Counted from the stretch's first letter, positions 48,349 through 58,723 are shown. The stretch: 64,000 nucleotides of DNA from an uncultured Thiotrichaceae bacterium (GCA_964531165.1 CAZHEA010000003.1:13048-77047); one strand, 5' to 3'. A program made the numbers and translations. The notes: generated from the sequence alone by a model not told the origin.

Positions 48349-48716
48349 TGGCTGACAAATTACTTGTAGTTATGGCGAATGTTGATATCACTCGACCGGC
48401 AGAAATATTGCCACCTCTATTGCAGGCTACGGTAGCTGCGGCGATGGAATTCGAAGTGGAGGTGTTGTTTACCGGTCAGGCAGGCCAGCTGGCGATGAAG
48501 GGGGAAGCTGAAAAACTATTGTTACAGGAAGACGATAGCAACAGTGTCTATGATCATATAAAACAGGCGCGACAGGCGGGGGTTGTTTTTAAGGTGTGCA
48601 CACCGGCTTTAAAATTTTGGGGAGATAATATTATACCCGAAATTCAGGAAACGGTTGGTGGCGCGTATATTATTAATGAATCAATGGATGACAGTGTCGT
48701 TACCTTTACTTACTAA
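48348..48716 (+). CDS. DsrE/DsrF-like family protein
   Basis: KLLVVMAN ... VEVLFTGQAG ... VCTPAL pattern in a 122-aa product. TAATG overlap with the MscS gene. Confidence 0.5.
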   Translation: MADKLLVVMANVDITRPAEILPPLLQATVAAAMEFEVEVLFTGQAGQLAMKGEAEKLLLQEDDSNSVYDHIKQARQAGVVFKVCTPALKFWGDNIIPEIQETVGGAYIINESMDDSVVTFTY

Positions 48717-48717
48717 T

Positions 48718-49272
48718 ATGCAAAACTATTTGCAGGCGCAACAGGTTTTAAATGATGCGCAGTTAATTTTCACTGCAGAGCAGGTTCAGCAGGCGATTAT
48801 TCAACTGGCTGAAAAAATTAATGCTCGGTTTTCAGATGTATCAGAGCCGGTTATTGTTTTGCCTGTTATGAATGGAGGGTTGATATTAAGTGGACAGTTG
48901 ATTACACGGTTTAATTTTCCATTGCTAATTGATTACTGTCATGCAACCCGTTATAGAGATGAAACAACTGGCAGTCAGCTACAATGGATAGTAAAACCGC
49001 AAAATAATCTTGCAGGTCGAACCATTTTAATTATCGATGATATCTTTGATGAAGGCTATACGCTTAAGTCGGTGACAGAGTTCTGTCAAACAGAAAATGC
49101 ACAACAGGTTCTATCCGCGGTTTTATTAGAAAAAAATCATCCACGAAAAACGGCTGATCTAAAAAGTGATTTTATCGGTTTACAGGTTGAAGATAGATAT
49201 GTGTTCGGATTTGGAATGGATTTTAAAGGCTTTCATCGTCAGCTTGATGCTATCTATGCCGTTGCTGAATAA
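48718..49272 (+). CDS. hpt: hypoxanthine-guanine phosphoribosyltransferase
   Basis: PRPP-binding motif ILIIDDIFDEGYTL. The start at ATG 48718 avoids the 62-nt overlap implied by the ORF-track start at 48655. Confidence 0.8.
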   Translation: MQNYLQAQQVLNDAQLIFTAEQVQQAIIQLAEKINARFSDVSEPVIVLPVMNGGLILSGQLITRFNFPLLIDYCHATRYRDETTGSQLQWIVKPQNNLAGRTILIIDDIFDEGYTLKSVTEFCQTENAQQVLSAVLLEKNHPRKTADLKSDFIGLQVEDRYVFGFGMDFKGFHRQLDAIYAVAE

Positions 49273-49289
49273 AAAATATGGAATTATAA

Positions 49290-50042
49290 GTGGATAAAAA
49301 TTATAACATCAACACAGCTATTATCGGCGGTACAGGCTTATATGAACTCGACGGTTTTGAGCAGGTCGATCGGTTAACATTAATGACACAATGGGGAGAG
49401 CCTTCTTCAGATATCATTATAATGAAGGTAGATGAAACCCATATAGCATTTTTAAGCCGTCATGGATTTGAACATAATATACCCCCGCATAAAGTTAATT
49501 ATCGAGCTAATTTGTGGGCGCTAAAAGAATGTGGAGTTAAGCAAATTATCGCTATCGCAGCGGTAGGCGGAATTACTGATCAAATGTCACCACAGACCAT
49601 TTGTATTCCGGATCAAATTATTGATTATACCTATGGACGACAGCAGACCTATTTTGAATCAGAGCAAGAGAGCGTTACACATATTGATTTTACCGAGCCC
49701 TATTGTTCACATTTACGTCAAACTTTACTGCAAACGTCTAAACAACAGTCAATCGAAGTGATTGATGGCGGGGTTTATGCCGCGACTCAGGGCCCAAGAC
49801 TGGAAACAGCAGCTGAAATACAGAAGTTAAAACGAGATGGTGCCGATATCGTCGGCATGACAGGTATGCCGGAGGCGACACTGGCACGCGAACTTGAGAT
49901 TGATTATGCCTGCTGCTCACTGGTGGTTAACTGGGCTGCGGGTTGTGCAGGTACGCATAAAATTGAGCATAGTGAGATGCAAAAGATCGTTGATTCGGGT
50001 ATGTTGAAGGTGAAATCACTGTTAAGTACTTTGTTTGTTTAA
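49290..50042 (+). CDS. MTAP-family purine nucleoside phosphorylase (methylthioadenosine/methylthioinosine phosphorylase)
   Basis: AIIGGTGLY, ATQGPRLETAAE and VGMTGMPE motifs. GTG start. Confidence 0.85.
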   Translation: MDKNYNINTAIIGGTGLYELDGFEQVDRLTLMTQWGEPSSDIIIMKVDETHIAFLSRHGFEHNIPPHKVNYRANLWALKECGVKQIIAIAAVGGITDQMSPQTICIPDQIIDYTYGRQQTYFESEQESVTHIDFTEPYCSHLRQTLLQTSKQQSIEVIDGGVYAATQGPRLETAAEIQKLKRDGADIVGMTGMPEATLARELEIDYACCSLVVNWAAGCAGTHKIEHSEMQKIVDSGMLKVKSLLSTLFV

Positions 50043-50198
50043 CTAATGGGTCGCTGATATGGCTGATTTAGGCATTTTTGTATGATCTAAACCCGCCAGA
50101 TGCTATTCATTTCATGCACTTAAGTCATTAGAGCATATCAATCAATATCACAATGTTATAAAATACCCGCGCTTTCAAAGACAGATAAAGGGTGAATA

Positions 50199-50780
50199 AT
50201 GTCACGTGCCGATAAGGTATCAGACGCTACAGGTCTGGAAAAACTCATACTTACACTTCGCTATCATGAGCAATCACGTCAGTGGTTTGCAGTGATATTT
50301 GTACTGGTTGTTAGTCTACTAGGCTCATATACACCCATATTGTTTATCATTGGTGGTGTGGTCGCTGCGGTCGGTACGCTTGTCCGCATGTGGGCTTCAG
50401 GCTATGTTATGAAAAACAAGGAGCTGGCTACTAACGGGCCATATGCTTATGTTCGTCATCCACTTTATGTGGGTAATATACTGTTGCTGGTTGGATTCTC
50501 AATTGCTTCATCTCAGTGGTGGCCATTTGTAGCGATGGTGGCATTGCTATGGTTTTATTATCCACCGACTATTTCATATGAAGATAATAAATTGCGTGAT
50601 ATTTTTGGTGCAGAGTGGGAAGAGTGGTCGAAAAATATTCATGCTCTTATCCCTACTTTCGGATCAAAAGCCGGGAGTGTAAAAAGCTCATGGTCTTTTA
50701 AGAAAAGTCTGATGCAGAATGCCGAGCCGCTTATTGTTATTTATCTGATAGGCTGCATGTATCTGCTTTATACCCGTTAG
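50199..50780 (+). CDS. ICMT/PEMT-like membrane methyltransferase
   Basis: GPYAYVRHPLYVGN motif and 4-5 TM helices. Confidence 0.7.
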   Translation: MSRADKVSDATGLEKLILTLRYHEQSRQWFAVIFVLVVSLLGSYTPILFIIGGVVAAVGTLVRMWASGYVMKNKELATNGPYAYVRHPLYVGNILLLVGFSIASSQWWPFVAMVALLWFYYPPTISYEDNKLRDIFGAEWEEWSKNIHALIPTFGSKAGSVKSSWSFKKSLMQNAEPLIVIYLIGCMYLLYTR

Positions 50781-50783
50781 TAA

Positions 50784-51485
50784 ATGTTAAACAATCTGGA
50801 TTTTATTTCAGAAGCCCAATTAACCCGCTGGGTTAATGAGCATCTGAATTCAGATAAGTTTGCTTTATCAGCAGGTTATCAGGGGAAAACTCTGCTGTTT
50901 GACGAGCTTAATCATAAGCTCGTTATCAAAGCCCCTCTGGGCAACTTTTTTACACGTCCCGTCAATTTAGCACTGCTACGACACGAATATAAGATTTATC
51001 AAAAACTACAGGGTATGGATGCGGTTCCGGTTTGTTACGGGATGGCTAATAATGAATTTTTGGTTATTGAATATATCGAAGGGCAGACAATTCGTCATAA
51101 CAGGCCTGCTGCTGATTCTGAGTTTTTTATACAGTTACTGGCGGCGATAAAAGAAATGCACGCAAGAGGTGTGGCACATTTTGACTTGAAGCGTTCGGAA
51201 AATTTACTGGTAACTCATAATTGCGAACCCAGACTAATTGATTTCGGCGTTTCTATCAATCATAAAAGTGGCCTGCACTGGCTCAATCAATTTTTATATA
51301 AGCTGGCCTGTCAGTTTGATTATAATGCCTGGGCCCGGCATAAATATAATAAGCAAATGGATGAGTTGAGCGAAGATGATAAAGTCTATTATAAAAAAAC
51401 AGCTATTGAAACTTTAGCTAAAAAAATTAAACGTTTTTATAAAGATAAAATTATCAAAACACACAAATCAGCTGTAAAAAAATAA
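50784..51485 (+). CDS. minimal protein-kinase-like (ePK/RIO/Kdo-kinase superfamily) protein
   Basis: LVIKAP (Lys), HFDLKRSENLLV (catalytic loop) and LIDFG (DFG). It starts 3 nt after the methyltransferase stop. Confidence 0.7.
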   Translation: MLNNLDFISEAQLTRWVNEHLNSDKFALSAGYQGKTLLFDELNHKLVIKAPLGNFFTRPVNLALLRHEYKIYQKLQGMDAVPVCYGMANNEFLVIEYIEGQTIRHNRPAADSEFFIQLLAAIKEMHARGVAHFDLKRSENLLVTHNCEPRLIDFGVSINHKSGLHWLNQFLYKLACQFDYNAWARHKYNKQMDELSEDDKVYYKKTAIETLAKKIKRFYKDKIIKTHKSAVKK

Positions 51486-51514
51486 ATAGCCAGCCTGTAA
51501 TCCGATAAAAGATA

Positions 51515-52138
51515 TCAGATTTGTTTTAATAAAGTTTTAGCCGTATCCATATATTTCTTTCTGGATATAAGCAGTTGCCAGCGACTTCCACCACATTGTC
51601 GCCAGAGTACAGCAGAACGAATTCCAGCAAATAACAAAGCGCGAATCTTATTGGCATTCTGACTTTGTGACAGATAAATCTGCTCTCCCTGTACCATGAT
51701 CTTAGGCCCGACAGGGCTGATGTTCTGTTGATAAATGTCAGCTAGCCCTGCAATAATATTCTCATGGGTGATATGGAAATATTCAATTTTGTTTTGTGTT
51801 TTTTCCAGGGCGCCGGTTAACTGATCCATAAGTTGTGGGTTTTTTCTAAGCATTTTTTCTAGCTGTAAAATTTGGATAACATAGCGGGTGATATCCATAT
51901 CCATCTTTTGTTTACTGCCTGATAGTTGTTCGTGTAGAGCAGTAAGGCCTTTTTTTATAGTGAATGTATCGGCATAAACATCCATTACCTGATTGGCATC
52001 AAATCTGAATAGTGTCTCCAGAATAGATGATAACTGAGCATCGGCAACATTACCGGTGGTGGCAACTTCTTTTACAAGAATAACCGCCTGATAAATGCCG
52101 GCGAGGGCGAGTGTTCTGTCTTGCTGGGTATGTTGCAT
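51515..52138 (-). CDS. hflD: high frequency of lysogenization protein HflD homologue
   Basis: DRTLALAGIYQAVILV N-terminal pattern, a 207-aa product and a position downstream of mnmA as in enterobacteria. Confidence 0.85.
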   Translation of the reverse strand: MQHTQQDRTLALAGIYQAVILVKEVATTGNVADAQLSSILETLFRFDANQVMDVYADTFTIKKGLTALHEQLSGSKQKMDMDITRYVIQILQLEKMLRKNPQLMDQLTGALEKTQNKIEYFHITHENIIAGLADIYQQNISPVGPKIMVQGEQIYLSQSQNANKIRALLFAGIRSAVLWRQCGGSRWQLLISRKKYMDTAKTLLKQI

Positions 52139-52163
52139 TATTAGTTGTATTTACTGGTTAAAA

Positions 52164-53267
52164 TTAGTTGTACATATTATCAATTACACCACCGCCAAGA
52201 CAAATATTCTGTTGGTAAAATACCACAGATTGACCGGGTGTAATTGCACGTTGAGCCTGCTCAAATTTAACGGTTACTGATTTGTTATCAAAACTGACTA
52301 TGGTGCACGCTTGATCGCTCTGGCGGTAACGAACTTTGGCATGGCAGGTGTAAGGTAGTGATGGCATTTCACCGCTAACCCAGCTTAGTTGAGATGCAGA
52401 TAATTGTGTATGGTATAGCGCAGAGTCATCGCCCTGAGCAACATACAGGATATTATTATCTAAATCTTTTCTCACGCTGAACCAGGGCTCTTCACTGGCA
52501 TTTTTCACGCCGCCAATACCGAGTCCTTTGCGTTGGCCCAATGTGTAGTACATAAGGCCTGCGTGCTTACCAATGATCTGTCCGTCGAGGGTTTTAATGT
52601 CACCGGGTTGAGCCGGTATAAAGCGCTGTAAGAAATCTTTAAATTTTCGTTCACCAATAAAACAGATACCGGTGCTGTCTTTTTTATCGTGAGTAATAAA
52701 TGCCGATTTTTCGGCTAATTTTCTTACCTCAGGCTTTTCAATATGTCCTATCGGAAATAAGCTGTGGCTGAGTTGTTGCTGATTTAACGTATATAAAAAA
52801 TAGCTCTGATCTTTATTTGCGTCCAGACCTTTTAGTAGTTCAAATACACCTTCATTTTGTGCGCTTTGTACGTAGTGACCAGTCGCAATGAAGTCTGCTC
52901 CGAGTTGAAGTGCGTAATCTAAAAAAGCTTTGAATTTTATTTCTTTATTGCAGAGTATATCCGGATTCGGCGTTCTGCCAGCTGAATATTCATCGAGAAA
53001 ATGTTGAAAAACTCTATCCCAGTACTGGTCAGCAAAATTCACACTATGCAGTTTTATATTTAATTTATCACAAACCTGCTGAGCATCCTTTAAATCATCG
53101 GCAGCTGCACAGTAATCTTCGTCATCATCCTGTTCCCAGTTCTTCATAAACAGACCTTCTACCTGATAGCCCTGTTCAATCAGGCACTGTGCAGCAACAG
53201 ATGAATCAACCCCACCTGACATCCCCACAATCACGCGTTGCTTAATATCTGTACTATTCAAAGTCAT
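52164..53267 (-). CDS. mnmA: tRNA 2-thiouridine(34) synthase MnmA
   Basis: PP-loop [15 protein letters not shown], with catalytic Cys regions PNPDILCN and [10 protein letters not shown]. Confidence 0.95.
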   Translation of the reverse strand: MTLNSTDIKQRVIVGMSGGVDSSVAAQCLIEQGYQVEGLFMKNWEQDDDEDYCAAADDLKDAQQVCDKLNIKLHSVNFADQYWDRVFQHFLDEYSAGRTPNPDILCNKEIKFKAFLDYALQLGADFIATGHYVQSAQNEGVFELLKGLDANKDQSYFLYTLNQQQLSHSLFPIGHIEKPEVRKLAEKSAFITHDKKDSTGICFIGERKFKDFLQRFIPAQPGDIKTLDGQIIGKHAGLMYYTLGQRKGLGIGGVKNASEEPWFSVRKDLDNNILYVAQGDDSALYHTQLSASQLSWVSGEMPSLPYTCHAKVRYRQSDQACTIVSFDNKSVTVKFEQAQRAITPGQSVVFYQQNICLGGGVIDNMYN

Positions 53268-53859
53268 CGTTATCTAATGTATTACTGGTTTGATCATTAT
53301 CGAGTTCAAACAGGTCTGATGTTTTTTTGTAGTCTTCAATGGCAGCAGAATTTCCCAGTTCTGTACCGTAGCTTTCTAAAATATATAGCTTAGATGTGTT
53401 TAAAGACTGAAGTAGTAATGCTGTTTTATCGACGCCTAACCAGTTTGTGCTGGTAATGGTTTTGCGCATAAGATGATGTTTTATTAAATAGCGATCCAGT
53501 AAAATGCTGAGGATATTTTTAATGTTTCTATAATTGTTTTTAACGGAGTTAGAAACATACAGGTCATTGGCGCTCAGCGTTTGTGATGGCAGCTTGGCCA
53601 GACTGTGATAAATATCATTTTCGATAATACCAATAGCACTCACAATACTGTCCTGTTCATCTTTGTCTGTAGTAAACGCGGATGAGAACATGGCTTTGAC
53701 TTCAGACCAGCTCTTATGAGAGATTTTTATTTGATATGGTGTCCGGCACTTTTTATCAATGCAGAGTTTAAAGCTCGGATTGGATGATTTAGCCTGAGCT
53801 AAATTAACATTGGAAAATATCAGTATGGATAGCGATAAAATAGCAATTAGTGATTTCAT
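53254..53859 (-). CDS. secreted hypothetical protein with acidic C-terminus
   Basis: Signal peptide [23 protein letters not shown]. It overlaps mnmA by 14 nt and the nudix gene by 1 nt. I recognise no family. Confidence 0.6.
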   Translation of the reverse strand: MKSLIAILSLSILIFSNVNLAQAKSSNPSFKLCIDKKCRTPYQIKISHKSWSEVKAMFSSAFTTDKDEQDSIVSAIGIIENDIYHSLAKLPSQTLSANDLYVSNSVKNNYRNIKNILSILLDRYLIKHHLMRKTITSTNWLGVDKTALLLQSLNTSKLYILESYGTELGNSAAIEDYKKTSDLFELDNDQTSNTLDNDDFE

Positions 53860-54311
53860 TATATAATATCGGTTAATAATTCTAGTGGGTATTTCTTTCC
53901 AGCGAGATAATCATCAATACAACGTAGTACCAGAGGGCTGCGTAATTGTTGGGATTTTTCAATTAGTTCATCCCGACTCAGCCATAATGCCTGAATTATA
54001 CCAGTATCTAATGGCTGGTCTAGATCATGGTTTTCACAACTGCCGACAAAACACACACGTAAATAGCAACGCTCGGTAACCGGTTGTTCCCAGCGATAGA
54101 TGCCACTGATATATTCGGGTTTAAATTGCCAGCCGGTTTCCTCAAGGGTTTCACGCATCGCCGCTTCAATTAAGCTTTCATGCGGGTCGAGGTGCCCTGC
54201 GGGCTGATTATATACAATTTTGCCAGCAGACTTCTCCTCAACCATTAAAAAGCGGTTCTCTCTTTCTATAATGGAGGCTACAGTTGCATGGGGCTTCCAG
54301 ATTGTTGACAT
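53859..54311 (-). CDS. nudJ: NUDIX hydrolase, NudJ-like
   Basis: Nudix box GHLDPHESLIEAAMRETLEETG, and a position upstream of mnmA. Confidence 0.8.
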   Translation of the reverse strand: MSTIWKPHATVASIIERENRFLMVEEKSAGKIVYNQPAGHLDPHESLIEAAMRETLEETGWQFKPEYISGIYRWEQPVTERCYLRVCFVGSCENHDLDQPLDTGIIQALWLSRDELIEKSQQLRSPLVLRCIDDYLAGKKYPLELLTDII

Positions 54312-54323
54312 GTGGCTTTCTCT

Positions 54324-54845
54324 TTATTTGCTGTTGCGGCGTTTTTTCTTGTTACTTAAATAGCGGGCAATGTGTAATCGCCATACCAGTCTGATACCAA
54401 TGTAGCCGGTGATAGAGCTGATGATACCCAGTGTCAAACAACCGAGTAAAAAGGGTTGCCAAATGATCGCCATCTGTTGAGCGATCCAGTCAAAAGAGGC
54501 TTCGAATTCACTCATGCCAGCTGGCAGACCGAGCATCCAGTTGCCCAGTATATAGGCCGCATAAAACATCGGGGGCATAGTGAGTGGGTTGGTGATCCAC
54601 ACCAGTGCAACAGAAATGGGCAGGTTGCAGCGTAATAAAATAGCACCGCCTGCGGCCAGTATCATCTGTGAGGGTAGAGGTACCCACATAAAAAACAGCC
54701 CGACCATAAAGGCCAGAGACACGGACTTGCGGTTCATATGCCACAAATTGGGTTCGTGTAATAAACTGCCAAACATACTCAGTGATTTGGATTGAGTTAT
54801 TTTGTGGGGATCAGGTAGACACTTACGTAAAAACTTTTTTGGCAT
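54324..54845 (-). CDS. DUF2062 membrane protein
   Basis: KSVSLAFMVGLFFMWVPLPSQMILAAG pattern, 3-4 TM helices and a basic C-terminus. Confidence 0.65.
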   Translation of the reverse strand: MPKKFLRKCLPDPHKITQSKSLSMFGSLLHEPNLWHMNRKSVSLAFMVGLFFMWVPLPSQMILAAGGAILLRCNLPISVALVWITNPLTMPPMFYAAYILGNWMLGLPAGMSEFEASFDWIAQQMAIIWQPFLLGCLTLGIISSITGYIGIRLVWRLHIARYLSNKKKRRNSK

Positions 54846-55194
54846 GTTTGTTTATTAACGTCACTCTGAAAATGGTCGGCCATGCATGTACTTTATATAC
54901 ATTCTATGGAGGCTATTCCATTAGGTTATCCAGGAGGTTTTGAAAAAGTTTAATTATTTCAGACTGGCTAAAATAGTCTGGATATAACTATGCTTAATGA
55001 ACGTGAGCCTGGCTTGAATTATATCGCCATGATATGAATTTCGCGTGCATATCATAACGGCAAATAAGTATCTGTCATATAGCTTCGTGCATATATGCCA
55101 ATATTTCATCAAATTTACTTATAATTTTACTTGGCAAGTTAGTTTGAATCAGATTTAATTATAACAGACAGATCAAATAATAAGGATTTTAGTT

Positions 55195-57600
55195 GTGTCT
55201 GAAACAGGGATGAATTCCAGTGCGGCGTCTATACCGGTGCAGGCAATCGCCTTTTTATCGGGGGTTTGTTTTATACAGCTCCTGCCAGATCTATCAATGC
55301 CGTTGTGGATTGATCCGGTTCTATTTCAGCTTATTCCGAAACTGCTTCTGGCATTGTCTTTATGCGCATATATCGTATCAGCAATGCGGCAATCACCCAC
55401 ATCTAAAATAGTTAGTATCTTCATTATCAGTGCATGCTGGGCATTGTTAAGTGCTCAAAGTTATCTTTTTCAGCGCTTGCCTGAAAATCTCTCGGGTGAA
55501 GACATACTTATCGAAGGCTTCGTTAGCGGCTTGCCCCACTATAGTGAACATTCGGTACGGTTTAATGTTGATGTAACCCGTTATATAAAAGTCGGAGACA
55601 ATTCAGTGCCGGTGAATATGCCGTCCACACTCAGATTGAGCTGGTATTACCATACCGAAAAAATATATACGGGCGAACGCTGGCAACTGATGGTTAGATT
55701 GAAGCCTCCGCATGGTTCACAGAACCCCGGTGGTTTTGATTACGAAAAATGGCTTTATCAGCAGTCTATACACGCTACCGGCTATGTTAGAAAACATAGT
55801 CGTAATCGCCGACTAGCAAAAGCACACTTAAGTATAAGTGGTTTGCGAGAAGCGCTGTTAACGACTTTATCTACTTTGCCGGATAAGCGTTATCAAGGTT
55901 TATTGCAGGCATTAACCATCGGCCATAAGTCAGCGATCAGTCAGCCGCAATGGGATGTACTCAGGCGTACCGGTACTCAGCATTTAATGGCTATATCAGG
56001 CCTGCATATAGGGATGATAGCGGCACTGATATTTTTTAGTGTTAAATATATTGTGCCGGCATCTATCTGTAAAGTTATGTGTTCAGCGCAAATAGCTGCG
56101 TACTTCAGCCTGGTAGCTGGCGGGTTTTACGCTTTGTTGGCCGGTTTTAGTATACCAACGCAACGCGCGTTTATTATGCTGCTTATCTTTATGCTGGCGC
56201 TGATAGTTAAGCGTCCGGCCTTGAGTATAAACACCCTGGGTCTAGCACTGATTGGTGTATTAATGATTAATCCGGTATCGGTACTCTCTGCCGGTTTCTG
56301 GCTGTCATTTATTGCGGTTAGCATTATTATGCTGGTTTCAGCAGCACGCCCGGCAGGCGGTTATAGTCGATTTAATAAAAGCCTGCAAAGTATCAGAATC
56401 CAGTGGTTAATTGCTATGGGTATGCTGCCATTAAGTTTTGTATTGTTTCAGCAGGGCTCTTTCATTTCGCCACTGGCTAATTTAATTGCGATTCCATTAG
56501 TTGGTTTAGTTGTTGTGCCTTTAGCGCTTTTCGCCAGTCTGATGACAGCTATCTCGGCGGATGCAGGGTTATGGTTTTTTGCTTTAGCCAGTGACTGCCT
56601 GTCTATTATCTGGCTGATTTTACAGTGGTTTGCTGAATTGCCCCTGTCCAGCTGGCAGCGTTCATCTATACCCGTGCTGGAAAGTATGTTGGCACTAAGC
56701 GGTGTTTTCCTGCTGTTATTGCCAAAAGGTTTCCCGTTAAAATACGCGGGGATACTGTTATTACTGCCGTTGATTTTATATCAGTATCCACGACCCGCTG
56801 TTGGTGAATTTCGTGTGGATATTATAGATGTCGGCCAGGGCCTGTCAGTGCTGGTGCAAACTCGTGATAACACTTTGCTCTATGATACCGGCGCACGATA
56901 TAGTGATCGATTTGATAGTGGCCGGCGTGTGATCGTGCCGTATCTAAATTATATCGGTATACAAAAAATCGACAAATTGGTAATCAGTCATGGTGATAAT
57001 GATCATGCTGGTGGGGCTGATGCGGTGCTGGAAATGCTTAATGTAGAACATGTTTTGACTGAAGCAGAGCTATATAAGCAAAAATTCAACTTTCTTGATA
57101 CAGCTGAGTCATGCCATCTGGGGCAGCATTGGCGCTGGAATGGTGTTGATTTTGCAATATTGCATCCATCAACGTCTTATTATGACAAGCAGACGAATAA
57201 TCGTAGCTGTGTTTTAAAGGTCTGGAATCGTAACCACAGTATTTTGCTATCCGGAGATATTGAACGCAGAGCTGAGCGCCATTTGTTACAAACCCAGGCT
57301 GAAAAATTAAAATCAGATGTTTTGATCGTCCCGCATCATGGCAGTAATACATCATCTTCACTATCCTGGATTGACAGCGTAAACCCGGAACTTGCCATTG
57401 TTTCGGCGGGTTATAAAAATCGTTTTGGGCATCCTACAGATAAAATTATCAATCGGTATCGCTTTCAAGGGCTTGAGTTGATAAATACCGCGTCTAGCGG
57501 CATGATTATGCTCAATTTTCCAGCAGGTTTGCCGGCGCGCCCGCTAGAAATCAAACTCCAGCGAAAAGTTAGCACACATTATTGGAATCATCGCCTGTGA
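55195..57600 (+). CDS. comEC: DNA internalization-related competence protein ComEC/Rec2
   Basis: Polytopic competence domain plus a C-terminal MBL domain (ISHGDNDHAGG). GTG start; ATG 55210 is an alternative. Confidence 0.9.
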   Translation: MSETGMNSSAASIPVQAIAFLSGVCFIQLLPDLSMPLWIDPVLFQLIPKLLLALSLCAYIVSAMRQSPTSKIVSIFIISACWALLSAQSYLFQRLPENLSGEDILIEGFVSGLPHYSEHSVRFNVDVTRYIKVGDNSVPVNMPSTLRLSWYYHTEKIYTGERWQLMVRLKPPHGSQNPGGFDYEKWLYQQSIHATGYVRKHSRNRRLAKAHLSISGLREALLTTLSTLPDKRYQGLLQALTIGHKSAISQPQWDVLRRTGTQHLMAISGLHIGMIAALIFFSVKYIVPASICKVMCSAQIAAYFSLVAGGFYALLAGFSIPTQRAFIMLLIFMLALIVKRPALSINTLGLALIGVLMINPVSVLSAGFWLSFIAVSIIMLVSAARPAGGYSRFNKSLQSIRIQWLIAMGMLPLSFVLFQQGSFISPLANLIAIPLVGLVVVPLALFASLMTAISADAGLWFFALASDCLSIIWLILQWFAELPLSSWQRSSIPVLESMLALSGVFLLLLPKGFPLKYAGILLLLPLILYQYPRPAVGEFRVDIIDVGQGLSVLVQTRDNTLLYDTGARYSDRFDSGRRVIVPYLNYIGIQKIDKLVISHGDNDHAGGADAVLEMLNVEHVLTEAELYKQKFNFLDTAESCHLGQHWRWNGVDFAILHPSTSYYDKQTNNRSCVLKVWNRNHSILLSGDIERRAERHLLQTQAEKLKSDVLIVPHHGSNTSSSLSWIDSVNPELAIVSAGYKNRFGHPTDKIINRYRFQGLELINTASSGMIMLNFPAGLPARPLEIKLQRKVSTHYWNHRL

Positions 57601-57647
57601 TAACGTATTATGTGGCCAATAATTAATACTGAAATAAGGCGGAATAC

Positions 57648-58301
57648 GTGTTTGAAATGGTTAAAGCCGGTGGGTGGTTAATGTTCCCCATCATTGCGGG
57701 TTCTATAATAGCCTTTGCAATCATTCTTGAGCGCTTCTGGGCGCTGCAAAAGAAAAAAGTCATTCCTGATCATCTGGTTGCGACGATATGGCACTGGGTT
57801 AAAGAAGGTCAACTTGAGCGATCGAGGATTGAAGAAATCAGTAAGCAGTCGGCACTTGGTAAAATACTGGCTACCGGTTTGAATAATCGGCATCTAGAGC
57901 GTGACCGAATTAAAGAGTCTATTGAAGAGGCAGGGCGACAGGTCGTGCATGAAATGGAGCGGTTCCTGAATACGCTGGGTACCATTGCTTCAATATCACC
58001 TTTACTCGGTTTACTGGGTACAGTCATCGGCATGATTAAAGTATTTAACGCGATTACCAGTGCAGGTGTGGGTAATGCCGCACCGCTGGCAGGAGGTATT
58101 TCACAGGCCTTAATTACCACTGCTGCAGGTTTAAGCGTCGCTATTATTGCGCTGATTTTTCACCGCTATTTCCGTGGTCGGGTTGATGAGCTTGTGGTGA
58201 AAATGGAAGAAGAAGCTATTAAAATGGTTGATGTGTTACATAATAACCGCAATATGCCGGCACCCACAAAAGCAAAAAAAGTTGCTGGGAAGGCCGCTTG
58301 A
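57648..58301 (+). CDS. exbB: MotA/TolQ/ExbB-family proton channel
   Basis: VKAGGWLMFPII N-terminus and the TolQ/ExbB-type TM2-TM3 region (LGLLGTVIGMI ... ALITTAAGL). Confidence 0.85.
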   Translation: MFEMVKAGGWLMFPIIAGSIIAFAIILERFWALQKKKVIPDHLVATIWHWVKEGQLERSRIEEISKQSALGKILATGLNNRHLERDRIKESIEEAGRQVVHEMERFLNTLGTIASISPLLGLLGTVIGMIKVFNAITSAGVGNAAPLAGGISQALITTAAGLSVAIIALIFHRYFRGRVDELVVKMEEEAIKMVDVLHNNRNMPAPTKAKKVAGKAA

Positions 58302-58720
58302 ATCTTAAGCCCGAACGACGCGAAGAGATTGACTTAAATTTGACGCCTCTAATCGATGTGGTTTTTTTATTGCTGATTTTTTTCATGGTATCTACCACCT
58401 TCGAAAAAACCTCTAAATTAAAAATTGATTTACCCGAAGCATCAGCACAGGCAACACCGCAGTCTGATAAAAAAATTGTAATCGGTATTGATGTTAAAGG
58501 GCGGTATTATATTAATGACCGGCAGCTGGTTAACACACAGTTAAAAACATTAAAAATTGCATTACTAAAAATCGCCGGTGATGACAAAACGATTCCAATT
58601 GTGTTACGTGCTGATGCTAAAACACCACATCAGTCTGTTGTTACTGCGATGGATGCAGCTTCGCAAGTTGGTTTAACTCGTCTTTCTATTTCGACACTTG
58701 AAACAAATGGTAGTCAATAA
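58298..58720 (+). CDS. exbD: ExbD/TolR-family biopolymer transport protein
   Basis: LTPLIDVVFLLLIFFM. The TTG start overlaps the exbB stop by 4 nt. Confidence 0.85.
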   Translation: MNLKPERREEIDLNLTPLIDVVFLLLIFFMVSTTFEKTSKLKIDLPEASAQATPQSDKKIVIGIDVKGRYYINDRQLVNTQLKTLKIALLKIAGDDKTIPIVLRADAKTPHQSVVTAMDAASQVGLTRLSISTLETNGSQ

Positions 58721-58723
58721 TTC

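Noticed and set aside
48655-48717. N-terminal extension of hpt overlapping the DsrE-like gene
   Set aside because: ATG 48718 immediately follows the upstream stop and gives a normal-length (184 aa) phosphoribosyltransferase.
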